A DNA stretch of 64,000 nucleotides from a virus. Below are positions 1 to 7,356 of the stretch, piece after piece (position 1 is the first letter of the stretch; every line of letters starts with the position of its first letter). The position numbers and the translations under genes are program-made. The stretch is taken from IMG/VR virus record IMGVR_UViG_3300045988_111022. The stretch is one strand, 5' to 3'. Below the pieces are notes generated by a model. It ran no database searches. It saw nothing but the letters and a program-made list of their open reading frames with translations, and was not told the origin of the DNA.

Positions 1-445
1 GGCCGTAGAACGTCTGAGCATAGTTGAAGAGTGCGGTCAGCTGTGCGTGGATGGTGTAGAGGTACGTTTCCGAATAGGGGAGGCCCGTGGCTTTGCCCAT
101 CTCTTTCACTCGCTGTTGCCAATCTCGAATATCAAGAGCGGTAATCTCATTCATTTTTCGATTTCCAAGAAGCGGAACGATCTTGGTGTCAAAAATATTT
201 TGCTTGGTGTCCATTGTGGTGCCACGGACATGGTGCTCTCGGTCATTGAAGTACAGCTCCACAAAGCTGGCAAGAGTCATGTCACAGCTCTTGGCTTTTT
301 GCAAATGGAATTCGCGCTCCCACTCTTGCGCTTCACGTTTGGTTTTGAAGCCGCGCTTACGTTTCTGCTTTCGTTTCCCGGTGAAATCAGCGTAGCGAAA
401 CTGGCAGTACCATGTGCCTGTTTTTTCATCCTTATAGCAGGGCAT
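1..445 (-). CDS. int: Tyrosine integrase, N-terminal part only (gene runs off the left edge)
   Basis: Reverse-strand translation from the ATG at 445-443 reads MPCYKDEKTGTWYCQFRYADFTGKRKQKRKRGFKTKREAQEWEREF... This is the arm-type DNA-binding N-terminus typical of Tn916/phage-family tyrosine recombinases. AGGAGG lies at 451-460 (rc). It is absent from the ORF track because there is no stop inside the window. Confidence 0.85.
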   Translation of the reverse strand, partial: MPCYKDEKTGTWYCQFRYADFTGKRKQKRKRGFKTKREAQEWEREFHLQKAKSCDMTLASFVELYFNDREHHVRGTTMDTKQNIFDTKIVPLLGNRKMNEITALDIRDWQQRVKEMGKATGLPYSETYLYTIHAQLTALFNYAQTFYG

Positions 446-508
446 TAGAATATACCTCCTGACGTGTTTAGAAATCCCCGACCATTTTTATAATGGCCGG
501 GGTCTTTT

Positions 509-1540
509 TTATTTGGCGATGATGGAATTGAAATCGTCGATGTGCTCTGAATTGCTAAGCATGAGACATAGATTCAAACCAGCAGGGGAAGAAATGCGCA
601 GTCGGCCGCATTCACAGATGGAGCACTGGTGATTGTTTTTATAGCGCTTATCACGGGATCCGTCTGCATTTACCTTGAGCCACGTTTTGCCGACAACCTT
701 AGCATCCGCCGGAATTTCCATTTCAGAGGAATCCATGATTGGGTGAATGATGTCGGCGCAGTAATCAACTTCATCTGCATCGTAGGCACTCAGCTTTCCG
801 TCGTGAAGATAGAATATCTTATCGGGGAGAATATAGAACGATTCCTTCTTTGACAGAGCTGCAGAAAAATATGGAACATTGGTGCTGAGGTAATAGGGGA
901 GCTTCGGCATTCCAAGGAGCTTTTTGGGGAGAGTTGCTTCGCTGGCTCCTGCATTTGCTTTAGTGTTGTGTCCCTTTTCTATCTCCGTGACATACCATGC
1001 GGCATCGCAAGCGAATAGCTTTCGCCATGCGTGATACCAGTTCTCATAAGCGGCACGTTGTTCATCGGAGAAATCGTATTCCAAATTCACTTTGGCTTTA
1101 TAGTGGACGAACAAAAACGCAGCGAAAGAAAGGATTGTCAACAGGAGCCGCTGCGGAGTGTGAAGAACAATGAAAGCCAATAGGCTGACAGTGCCAATTA
1201 TAAAGAACGCTTTGTTGAGAAAACGAACTAAGTGGATTTGTTTCATAAGCGCCGCAAAATCGGCGTCCTTGTAGCTGTTCCGATCAGTGGACTGTATGAC
1301 CTCTGTTTCAAATGCTGGAGGCTGTTTGGAAAGCCTTGGCGTCTCAGCACTACGAATAGATTCCTCTGAAACATAACTGATTCCGGTTCCGGGGATGGAT
1401 GCTGTTTGTCTGATTTTTCCGTTAGCCGTTTTGGTGATTCGGTATCCGGGAACGCCCCACGAATACCCAACTCCACTTCCTGAAATATTGATGCGAAAGC
1501 CGCCGCCAAGACGAATGCTTTTTCTGTATCTGAATCCCAT
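509..1540 (-). CDS. DUF4236-type protein with central transmembrane segments
   Basis: N-terminus MGFRYRKSIRLGGGFRINISGSGVGYSWGVPGYRI matches the DUF4236 pattern. Hydrophobic stretch FFIIGTVSLLAFIVLH...LLLTILSFAAFLFVHY. 343 aa. Confidence 0.7.
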   Translation of the reverse strand: MGFRYRKSIRLGGGFRINISGSGVGYSWGVPGYRITKTANGKIRQTASIPGTGISYVSEESIRSAETPRLSKQPPAFETEVIQSTDRNSYKDADFAALMKQIHLVRFLNKAFFIIGTVSLLAFIVLHTPQRLLLTILSFAAFLFVHYKAKVNLEYDFSDEQRAAYENWYHAWRKLFACDAAWYVTEIEKGHNTKANAGASEATLPKKLLGMPKLPYYLSTNVPYFSAALSKKESFYILPDKIFYLHDGKLSAYDADEVDYCADIIHPIMDSSEMEIPADAKVVGKTWLKVNADGSRDKRYKNNHQCSICECGRLRISSPAGLNLCLMLSNSEHIDDFNSIIAK

Positions 1541-1654
1541 AACCTCACAACCCTTTCTGTTATTTATTCACGGATTTCGGTAGATGGCTGGAATCTGCTT
1601 GTAAGCTGTCTTACTCTTTCCAGTGGCGCGCTTGCGCCGGGAAGGAGTGAGAAG

Positions 1655-1786
1655 ATGCCTGCATCGGATGAGCGCTCCAGACATGGAAATGTGCTTGATG
1701 ATGTTCTTCGGGAAGAAATCAAGGATTTAACCCCGGAACAGGTCAAGCGGGTGCTTGAGTACATCGAAACGCTGAAACAGCAGTAA
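1655..1786 (+). CDS. Small hypothetical ORF (43 aa)
   Basis: ATG at 1655 preceded by GGAAGGAG. Translation MPASDERSRHGNVLDDVLREEIKDLTPEQVKRVLEYIETLKQQ. Followed by a +strand terminator. Below the track size cut-off. Confidence 0.3.
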   Translation: MPASDERSRHGNVLDDVLREEIKDLTPEQVKRVLEYIETLKQQ

Positions 1787-1802
1787 CGAGCACCGATGGC
1801 GC

Positions 1803-1834
1803 GGACAGGCCCTCTTTGGGAGCCTGTCCTTTTG
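1803..1834 (+). terminator. Rho-independent terminator
   Basis: GGACAGGC (1803-1810) pairs with GCCTGTCC (1822-1829), followed by TTTTG. Confidence 0.6.
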
Positions 1835-2158
1835 TTATTCGCGCAGGAATTTGACGAAGCGGACGTACTCTATTACCTTGCGCATTTCATCATCTGTCAG
1901 ATCGTGCGTGGAGTCCATGAGCCGCCTCTGCAAAGCGGAAAGATTCGACTCCGGGAAATCCACCTCCCCCCGGAGATAGGCTTCAGACACGCCATAGCGG
2001 GCGGCAATAGTGGCGATGTCCGAAGCGGTAGGAACAGATTTTCCCGCTTGCCAGCTCGCAACAAGGGTTCTGCTTTTCCCGCACAGGCGCGACATAAAAG
2101 CGCCCGATGAACCGTAATGTTCCATCAAATCGACAATGCGTTGGACAGTAATCGTCAT
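1835..2158 (-). CDS. XRE-family HTH regulator (repressor-like, switch module 1)
   Basis: MTITVQRIVDLMEHYGSSGAFMSRLCGKSRTLVASWQAGKSVPTASDIATIAARYGVSEAYLRGE is a Cro/C1-type HTH. Start moved to the internal ATG at 2158. Divergent from the + operon. Confidence 0.8.
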   Translation of the reverse strand: MTITVQRIVDLMEHYGSSGAFMSRLCGKSRTLVASWQAGKSVPTASDIATIAARYGVSEAYLRGEVDFPESNLSALQRRLMDSTHDLTDDEMRKVIEYVRFVKFLRE

Positions 2159-2205
2159 CCTTTTTACCAGCTTTCTTTCTGAAATCTTGTGTAATACGCT
2201 GAAAT

Positions 2206-2263
2206 CCAACACTTGTTAGATTTGCGGTCTTGTCGTCTAACAGGTGTTGGATTATTATATAAT
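2206..2263. promoter_or_regulatory. Divergent control region: 15-nt inverted repeat pair plus candidate rightward promoter
   Basis: CCAACACTTGTTAGA (2206-2220) and TCTAACAGGTGTTGG (2236-2250) are reverse complements with 1 mismatch. TTGTCG(2230-2235)-17 nt-TATTAT(2253-2258) places the right arm in the promoter spacer. TATAAT at 2258-2263. Confidence 0.5.
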
Positions 2264-2315
2264 CACAGTCAAACATTTGTTGGACTGCATGAGCAACAAC
2301 GGAGGTCGAAAAAAT

Positions 2316-2555
2316 ATGAAAATGGTAACGTACAAAGTGCTCAGCAAAGCAATGCGGGAGCTGACAGGGCAAGTTGCAGAGCTGGATGAAGCCATTGAAA
2401 TCCGCTTGGTGTTTGGCGAAAAAGTTAAAATCACCATTTCGATGGACTGGGCAACAATGGATGCAGCACGGGCCGCAGAACTCGCTGAGCATCTGGCAAA
2501 GGCGGCGGAGCTCGTGAACAACTTCAAGTACGCTGGTTATACGATTGTTAGATAA
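2316..2555 (+). CDS. Hypothetical early protein
   Basis: ATG at 2316, 6 nt after GGAGG (2301-2305). 79 aa. No recognisable motif. Confidence 0.65.
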   Translation: MKMVTYKVLSKAMRELTGQVAELDEAIEIRLVFGEKVKITISMDWATMDAARAAELAEHLAKAAELVNNFKYAGYTIVR

Positions 2556-2560
2556 GGGGA

Positions 2561-3154
2561 ATGGCCATGAAGTATTCAGACATCAACAAGATGTTCACGA
2601 CAGAGGTGAACAAGTATTTGGCGCAGGGGTATCGCTTCAACACCGCAAGCATGAATGGGAGTCAGAGTGAACTGGCCAAGGTCGATTTGACCAACGGAAC
2701 TGAAATCATCCGCATTGTGGCCCGCACTTTTTCCAAGGAGTGGGATAAGCAGGGCGTCGAGCTGTTCGTTGGCCGCGTGGCCGAGAAAGAGGGCATTCGG
2801 CCGGATGTAGCCTATTGCGTCAACACAATTTGGAACGGACGCTTGGAACAAGTCAGCAGCCAGCGGTTCTACGAGGTGAGCGGCTACGGAGATCCCGACA
2901 AGTTCTATGGGACGGAAGCGGACGCCGAAGCGGTCAGCAAAGTCCGTATGAGCCGCTATGCGCAGAGGCCGAATCGCAAGGCTAAGGACATGACCAACGC
3001 TGAAACCATCAAAATTGCTGTGCGGTTCATTCGCCGGAAACTTGGCATCAAGAACGTGGACAAGAAGCGCATTGAAGTGTTCCGCACGCCTGACCATCGG
3101 CACATCATCAATTATCGCGGCAAAGCATATCAGCTCAACAACAAGGGGGTTTGA
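2561..3154 (+). CDS. Hypothetical early protein (197 aa; alternative start 2567)
   Basis: Long ORF tightly following the previous gene. AAGGGG upstream. No motif recognised. Confidence 0.7.
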   Translation: MAMKYSDINKMFTTEVNKYLAQGYRFNTASMNGSQSELAKVDLTNGTEIIRIVARTFSKEWDKQGVELFVGRVAEKEGIRPDVAYCVNTIWNGRLEQVSSQRFYEVSGYGDPDKFYGTEADAEAVSKVRMSRYAQRPNRKAKDMTNAETIKIAVRFIRRKLGIKNVDKKRIEVFRTPDHRHIINYRGKAYQLNNKGV

Positions 3155-3156
3155 CT

Positions 3157-3384
3157 ATGTATTGTAACAAGTTTTTCAGAACCGAAGAGGAAGCCAAGGC
3201 TTTCAAGAAGTCTCACGGCGGGGCGCTGTACAAGAACATCAAGGGGAGTCACACCCGGCAAGCGTACCGGGTAGAAGCGATGATGGCCGTGCAGGACGGC
3301 TGGCTCCGCAGCACAGAGACGGATACGTACCCGTTCTGCGTTGCATGGAATGGCAAGCCGCTGTCGGCAGGAAAGGAGATTTAA
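3157..3384 (+). CDS. Hypothetical early protein (75 aa)
   Basis: ATG at 3157, 7 nt after AAGGGGG. Packed in the operon. Confidence 0.6.
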   Translation: MYCNKFFRTEEEAKAFKKSHGGALYKNIKGSHTRQAYRVEAMMAVQDGWLRSTETDTYPFCVAWNGKPLSAGKEI

Positions 3385-3387
3385 GCC

Positions 3388-3762
3388 ATGAAAGCATTAA
3401 AAATTGAGCCGGGAAAGGCCCCGGAACGCATTGACATTGGCAACGAACTTGAAGCCCTGCAAGACGCTGTGGGTGGCTACATTCAGGTGCTTTACCCGGA
3501 CCAGCACCGCCCGGTGGGCCTGATCTGCAACGAGGAGGGCAAGTGCATGGGCCTCAAGCCAAACCGGGCCCTGTACAGGGGCGGCAAGCCTTACGACGTC
3601 ATTGTTGGCACATTCCTCGTGGTTGGAGTCGATGAAGAGGACTTCACGGATCTGCGGGAAGAGGATGCAGCGTATTTTGAGAAGCTGTTCCATTCGCCGG
3701 AGAAGTTTAAGTACTTCGCAGGGCGGCTGGTCATCTCCAAGGTGGTTTCTGGCGGGGCTTGA
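3388..3762 (+). CDS. DUF3846-like protein
   Basis: MKALKIEPGKAPERIDIGNELEALQDAVGGYIQVLYP...ICNEEGK...PNRAL matches the DUF3846 pattern common on Firmicutes mobile elements. Confidence 0.6.
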   Translation: MKALKIEPGKAPERIDIGNELEALQDAVGGYIQVLYPDQHRPVGLICNEEGKCMGLKPNRALYRGGKPYDVIVGTFLVVGVDEEDFTDLREEDAAYFEKLFHSPEKFKYFAGRLVISKVVSGGA

Positions 3763-3777
3763 TGGCCCCGCTTTTTT
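3752..3777 (+). terminator. Rho-independent terminator ending early cassette 1
   Basis: GCGGGGC (3752-3758), loop TTGATG, GCCCCGC (3765-3771), then TTTTTT. Confidence 0.75.
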
Positions 3778-3779
3778 CA

Positions 3780-4010
3780 AAACCCGAAAAACCCATTCGG
3801 TTTTTTGGGTTTTGTTCGGTTTTTTCGGTTTTGATGGGTTTTGCGAAATGCAAAATAAAAGATGAAATTTGAATCGTAACTTTCAAATTTTAGGCAGAAA
3901 AACCGAAATTCTGTTAAAACTGAAACTCGATAGAACGACAAATTTTTGAAACGTGCGTAAAATGTGAAAACCTATTGGGTTTTTCAAAAACCGAAAAAAC
4001 CCATCTTCTT
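3780..4010. repeat. AT-rich non-coding block with GGGTTTT / CGGTTTT / AAAACC iterons (candidate origin or protein-binding array)
   Basis: aaaacccgaaaaacccattcggttttttgggttttgttcggttttttcggttttgatgggtttt (3779-3842) and gaaaacctattgggtttttcaaaaaccgaaaaaacccat (3966-4004). 3788-3813 is an exact reverse-complement copy of 13325-13350. Confidence 0.6.
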
Positions 4011-4041
4011 AAGAAAAGAAGAAGAAAAAGAATAAGAAGAT

Positions 4042-4061
4042 ATGAAGACTATCGTCTTCAT
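4042..4061 (-). terminator. Hairpin terminator for the minus-strand HTH gene
   Basis: ATGAAGAC-TATC-GTCTTCAT, followed on the minus strand by a T-rich tract (rc of 4010-4040). Confidence 0.45.
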
Positions 4062-4079
4062 CACGCGCGGGCGCGCGCG

Positions 4080-4322
4080 TTATATGGCCGACGACGACGA
4101 ATCCAACTGATGAAGAACAGGGTCGTCGGTACGGCCAAGCAGGTAGTCGACGGAACAGTCCAGCCTGTCGGCAAGAAGCATAAGGGTCTTGCCCGATGGT
4201 GGATCTTCGGCGTTTTTCCAGCGTGTAACAGCGCCAGAAGAGATGCCAAGCTCTTTTGCAAGCGGATTTGGCTTCGTACCTCGAAGAACGCACATCTGAT
4301 AGAATCGCTCCCAAAATATCAA
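4080..4322 (-). CDS. XRE-family HTH regulator (switch module 2)
   Basis: ...FWERFYQMCVLRGTKPNPLAKELGISSGAVTRWKNAEDPPSGKTLMLLADRLDCSVDYLLGRTDD. TTG start at 4322 chosen, 8 nt after GGAGG. The track start at 4361 would place the operators inside the gene. Confidence 0.75.
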   Translation of the reverse strand: MIFWERFYQMCVLRGTKPNPLAKELGISSGAVTRWKNAEDPPSGKTLMLLADRLDCSVDYLLGRTDDPVLHQLDSSSSAI

Positions 4323-4355
4323 AAATAGGACCTCCTTTTTGTGCAAAAGCATGAA

Positions 4356-4408
4356 TCTCACTAAAATGAGATTATCACATTGCTATCTCACAAAAGTGAG
4401 ATTATAAT
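4356..4408 (+). promoter_or_regulatory. Two palindromic operators plus near-consensus rightward promoter
   Basis: O1 TCTCACTAAAATGAGA (4356-4371). O2 TCTCACAAAAGTGAGA (4386-4401), 30 bp centre to centre. TTGCTA (4380-4385)-17 nt-TATAAT (4403-4408), with O2 filling the spacer. Confidence 0.7.
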
Positions 4409-4410
4409 AT

Positions 4411-4441
4411 ATCTAACAAATGATTCAAACACCTGTTAGAT
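4411..4441 (+). promoter_or_regulatory. 31-nt leader palindrome ATCTAACAAATG...ACACCTGTTAGAT
   Basis: Arms ATCTAACA / TGTTAGAT, immediately downstream of the -10 and 16 nt upstream of the ATG at 4457. Related copies at 7299-7329 and 2206-2250. Confidence 0.55.
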
Positions 4442-4456
4442 AGAAAGGACAATACC

Positions 4457-4660
4457 ATGACGAATGTTTACATTGACAGCCGCCGGGATGGGTACTCTCC
4501 CAGCCAGTGCCACGACACCATGACGGTGGGGGAGTTGATTGACATCCTGAGCCAGTACGACGAAGACCAGCCCGTCTACATTCGCAACGACAACGGCTAC
4601 ACCTACGGGAGCGTCCAGATGGACAGCGTTACCGAGGGAGAGGAGGACGAGGACGAATGA
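4457..4660 (+). CDS. Hypothetical small acidic protein (67 aa)
   Basis: First gene after the promoter. GAAAGGA RBS. Acidic C-terminus EGEEDEDE. Confidence 0.65.
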   Translation: MTNVYIDSRRDGYSPSQCHDTMTVGELIDILSQYDEDQPVYIRNDNGYTYGSVQMDSVTEGEEDEDE

Positions 4661-4917
4661 GACTTCTTGTTGAGTACACATCGCATGGCCGCGGTCCAGC
4701 GGCTCCGCAGACCTACAGCACCACGCTGGACATTGTGGACGATGTAGCGGAGCGGCTGTTAAAGGCCAAGACGCCGTACACATTCCGGGAGCGGAAGTAC
4801 TGCACACGGGAAGCGCTGATTCTTGCATTCCTGATTTACGACATCGAGAACCTGCAGGAACGGAGCTTCGGAGACAACGACCAGATTTTGAGCATCCGGC
4901 GGGATAGCCGGAACTGA
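4657..4917 (+). CDS. Hypothetical protein (86 aa)
   Basis: ATGA start/stop overlap with the previous gene. Confidence 0.6.
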   Translation: MRLLVEYTSHGRGPAAPQTYSTTLDIVDDVAERLLKAKTPYTFRERKYCTREALILAFLIYDIENLQERSFGDNDQILSIRRDSRN

Positions 4918-4931
4918 GGGAGGGCCACACG

Positions 4932-5084
4932 ATGAAGTTTGTAGCACCGATGGACACATGGGAGATAGTAGGCGGGAACCTGCCACCCATCCGGGTTCGC
5001 GCCCGGTCGTTCGATGAAGCCTTGAAGAAAGCAAGGCTTCGCAACCCCGGCTATTGCGCCGGCTGGGTCGTTGAGGAGGACTGA
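4932..5084 (+). CDS. Hypothetical small protein (50 aa, not in track)
   Basis: ATG at 4932 after GAGGGAGGG. MKFVAPMDTWEIVGGNLPPIRVRARSFDEALKKARLRNPGYCAGWVVEED. Its stop overlaps the next start (TGAATG). Confidence 0.55.
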   Translation: MKFVAPMDTWEIVGGNLPPIRVRARSFDEALKKARLRNPGYCAGWVVEED

Positions 5085-5429
5085 ATGATGTTCGACAAAG
5101 AGCTTATGAAGCAGCTGGCCACCATTCCAACCCAAAATCGGGAGGAATGGTTTGCCGAGCGCGACAAGCTGGAAACGCTTGCCGTCGAAATGACCCGCAT
5201 AAATGCGAAGGATATGGTGCAAAAGTACGGCATCGCACGGGTTCTGAGGGTGCTGGCGGCGACAATCAAACAAAATCCCAAGGATTACGATGCGGATGTG
5301 GTGGAAATGGCCGGATGGGTGCCGCCCGTCCGGGCGGGTCGGGATGCGGAGATGTGGTTCTGCTCAACCATCCACCGGGCATACGTCCAAGACCTGTTTC
5401 GCCAGTATGCGAACCTGCGCAAGCTGTGA
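5085..5429 (+). CDS. Hypothetical protein (114 aa)
   Basis: Packed same-strand ORF. No motif recognised. Confidence 0.65.
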   Translation: MMFDKELMKQLATIPTQNREEWFAERDKLETLAVEMTRINAKDMVQKYGIARVLRVLAATIKQNPKDYDADVVEMAGWVPPVRAGRDAEMWFCSTIHRAYVQDLFRQYANLRKL

Positions 5430-5445
5430 GAAAGGAGCCTAAACC

Positions 5446-5697
5446 ATGAAGTACGTCATTTTTACCTACGACATCCGCATGAAAGGCAAGGAAGACGAAG
5501 CCTGCATGACCGTCCTGCTGGATGATGACCGAGCAGCGGTCGTTAAGGCTGCATACGATAACCGGCAGGGGAGCAGCGAGATTGAGGACATCCTCTTGCG
5601 GTGCAAGGTCGATGACCTGTGCGCCGCCTGTGAAGCGCTCCGGGGGCGGAAGTACCTTCGCAACAGCATCAAGTGCGTGGAGATCGAGGAGGCTTGA
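5446..5697 (+). CDS. Hypothetical protein (83 aa)
   Basis: AAAGGAG RBS before the ATG at 5446. Confidence 0.65.
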   Translation: MKYVIFTYDIRMKGKEDEACMTVLLDDDRAAVVKAAYDNRQGSSEIEDILLRCKVDDLCAACEALRGRKYLRNSIKCVEIEEA

Positions 5698-5700
5698 GCC

Positions 5701-5892
5701 GTGAACATTGAAATTCAGTATCAGGCCGAGGATGGCGAGATTCAGTATTACCACTTTGAGTCGTGGGAACTGGCTGAAGACGATGCCTTTCGGGAGGCCA
5801 TGCAGGCATTCCGCAGCACTCGCACAGGAAAGAATAGGATGCTCTCTATCCGGGATGCATCGATTGGCGCAGGCCGCAACTGGAAAGAATAA
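5701..5892 (+). CDS. Hypothetical protein (63 aa, GTG start)
   Basis: GAGGAGG upstream. Packed in the operon. Confidence 0.5.
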   Translation: MNIEIQYQAEDGEIQYYHFESWELAEDDAFREAMQAFRSTRTGKNRMLSIRDASIGAGRNWKE

Positions 5893-5994
5893 CCCGCCTG
5901 ATGATGGCCGCTGGTATCGGCCGAAACCATTTTCGTGGCATCACGAGGATGGTCGCGGGAACCAACACCGCAAACCAAGGAAAGGAAGATTCAC

Positions 5995-6327
5995 ATGAAG
6001 TATGAAATCTACCAGCTGAAAGAGGACACCATGGAGCAGGTAAAACTGCGGTTCATGGCGTCCGATCAGGCCGCACAGCTGGGCGGCATCCACCGGGAGA
6101 ACTACCGTCTGGTGTACGAGGGTAATGTGGAAACCCGAAAGGACGCACAGCAGACGCTTGATGGCTTGTTCCGCAAGTTTAACATCGACAGGCCCGCAGG
6201 CTTCGAGGGCCACAGCTTGAGCGTGTCGGACATCATTTACCTCGCCGATGGGGAATCCTCCGACTGGTGGTTCTGCGATGCTTACGGTTGGAAGCTTCTG
6301 AGTGGAGAAGAATGGGGGCAGACCTGA
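5995..6327 (+). CDS. YodL-like small domain protein (tentative)
   Basis: MKYEIYQLKEDT...RFM...ENYRLVYEG...LDGLFRKFNIDRPAGFEGHSLSVSDIIYL...WWFCDAYGWKLL resembles the YodL-like domain seen on Firmicutes conjugative elements. ATG at 5995 after GGAAAGGAAG. Confidence 0.45.
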   Translation: MKYEIYQLKEDTMEQVKLRFMASDQAAQLGGIHRENYRLVYEGNVETRKDAQQTLDGLFRKFNIDRPAGFEGHSLSVSDIIYLADGESSDWWFCDAYGWKLLSGEEWGQT

Positions 6328-6530
6328 TGCGCCACTACACAAAAGCGGAGTGGGGCAAGATCCCGGAGGCCTACAAGGGCCGCTGGGAGCCGACGCCGTT
6401 CAACCTTGAGCGGGTGAAGAGCGGGGAGCTTCCGGCAGAGTACATCGGCAAACGGAACACCATCGTCAATGACGAGCATCACGGCACGGTGCTTATCACC
6501 GAGGACGCGCACTTCGTAATCGACGAATGA
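6327..6530 (+). CDS. Hypothetical protein (67 aa)
   Basis: TGATG overlap with the previous gene. Confidence 0.55.
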   Translation: MRHYTKAEWGKIPEAYKGRWEPTPFNLERVKSGELPAEYIGKRNTIVNDEHHGTVLITEDAHFVIDE

Positions 6531-6637
6531 GTACAATCGCTCAAAGAGGCGATTTGAGCCGCATTTTGCATCAAACGACAAATTCCTTGCGGAAGAATCA
6601 AAAACGCAAAATAGAGCCATCTGAGCAGCTCTAAGAA

Positions 6638-6949
6638 CTATTTCCGCTGACTCAGAATGAACTGAAGATAATCTGTAACCTTTTGGCGTTCATCATCTGT
6701 CAGATTCATCCGTTTCACGGCGGGGTCAACAGTGCGCCCCATGAGGAAGTCCATGGAGCAGTCGAGGTAGTCAGAGATGCGGGCAAGGCTATCAGCCGCC
6801 ATCATGCGGCCAGTGCGTAAGTTGGAAAGGGTGCCTTTGCTCATTCCGAGTTCGGCAAACATATCTTTCAGCTGGACATTGCGAGCTTTTGCTTGAAGCT
6901 TGATGTTTTCTGCAAGGGTTATAGAATCATACAAATTTTGGGTCGGCAT
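6638..6949 (-). CDS. XRE-family HTH repressor (CI-like, switch module 3)
   Basis: MPTQNLYDSITLAENIKLQAKARNVQLKDMFAELGMSKGTLSNLRTGRMMAADSLARISDYLDCSMDFLMGRT. Internal ATG at 6949 chosen. Divergent from the Cro-like gene. Confidence 0.8.
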   Translation of the reverse strand: MPTQNLYDSITLAENIKLQAKARNVQLKDMFAELGMSKGTLSNLRTGRMMAADSLARISDYLDCSMDFLMGRTVDPAVKRMNLTDDERQKVTDYLQFILSQRK

Positions 6950-6970
6950 TTTGTGTATCCTCACAAAACC

Positions 6971-7021
6971 TTGCAATCGCAATGATTTTGCCTTGAAATA
7001 TTGCAATCGCAAGATTATAAT
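6971..7021 (+). promoter_or_regulatory. Two TTGCAATCGCAA operators plus consensus-like rightward promoter
   Basis: TTGCAATCGCAA at 6971-6982 and 7001-7012 (30 bp apart). TTGAAA (6993-6998)-17 nt-TATAAT (7016-7021), with the second operator in the spacer. Same geometry as 4356-4408. Confidence 0.7.
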
Positions 7022-7027
7022 ACACTT

Positions 7028-7298
7028 GTACAAAACAAATGTCAGATTGAAAGGGTCAGCGCTTTCCATTCAGCGCGTTCCCCGAAGCCCCTCTGCAAAG
7101 GGGCTTCAACGTACCACGCAGTACAAACCATGCAAGTTGATTCCTCCTAATGACAGGCATCGCTGCAAAGCGCAGCGCCGATACTGCAAATCGGCGGTGC
7201 GCAGGTAAAGCGATTACTCCCCAAGAGCTTCTGCTTAACAGCTTAAAGGCGGGGGAACGCGTTGAATGGTGGGTACTGGCCCTTTTAGTCTATCAAAA
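7028..7298 (+). other. Long structured 5' leader or possible ncRNA between the promoter and the Cro-like gene
   Basis: No RBS-preceded +ORF. Hairpins: GAAGCCCCT-CTGCAA-AGGGGCTTC (7085-7108) and GCGCAGCGCCGAT-ACTGCAA-ATCGGCGGTGCGC (7170-7202, 1 mismatch). Confidence 0.4.
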
Positions 7299-7329
7299 AT
7301 CAAACAAGTGTTCAATACATTTGTTAGAT
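7299..7329 (+). promoter_or_regulatory. 31-nt leader palindrome ATCAAACAAGTG...ACATTTGTTAGAT
   Basis: Same length and arm sequence family as 4411-4441. Lies 28 nt upstream of the ATG at 7357. Confidence 0.55.
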
Positions 7330-7356
7330 AAATCTTTGTCTGGAAGGAGAAAAAAC

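Noticed and set aside
3975-4328. 117-aa +ORF rich in Arg/Lys
   Set aside because: It is antisense to a clear XRE HTH gene (4080-4322). It starts in the iteron block without an RBS.
7042-7131. 29-codon minus-strand ORF (MVCTAWYVEAPLQRGFGERAEWKALTLSI) with an AGGAGG RBS
   Set aside because: It is very short, overlaps a strong hairpin, and has no support other than the RBS. It is kept only as a note inside the leader finding.
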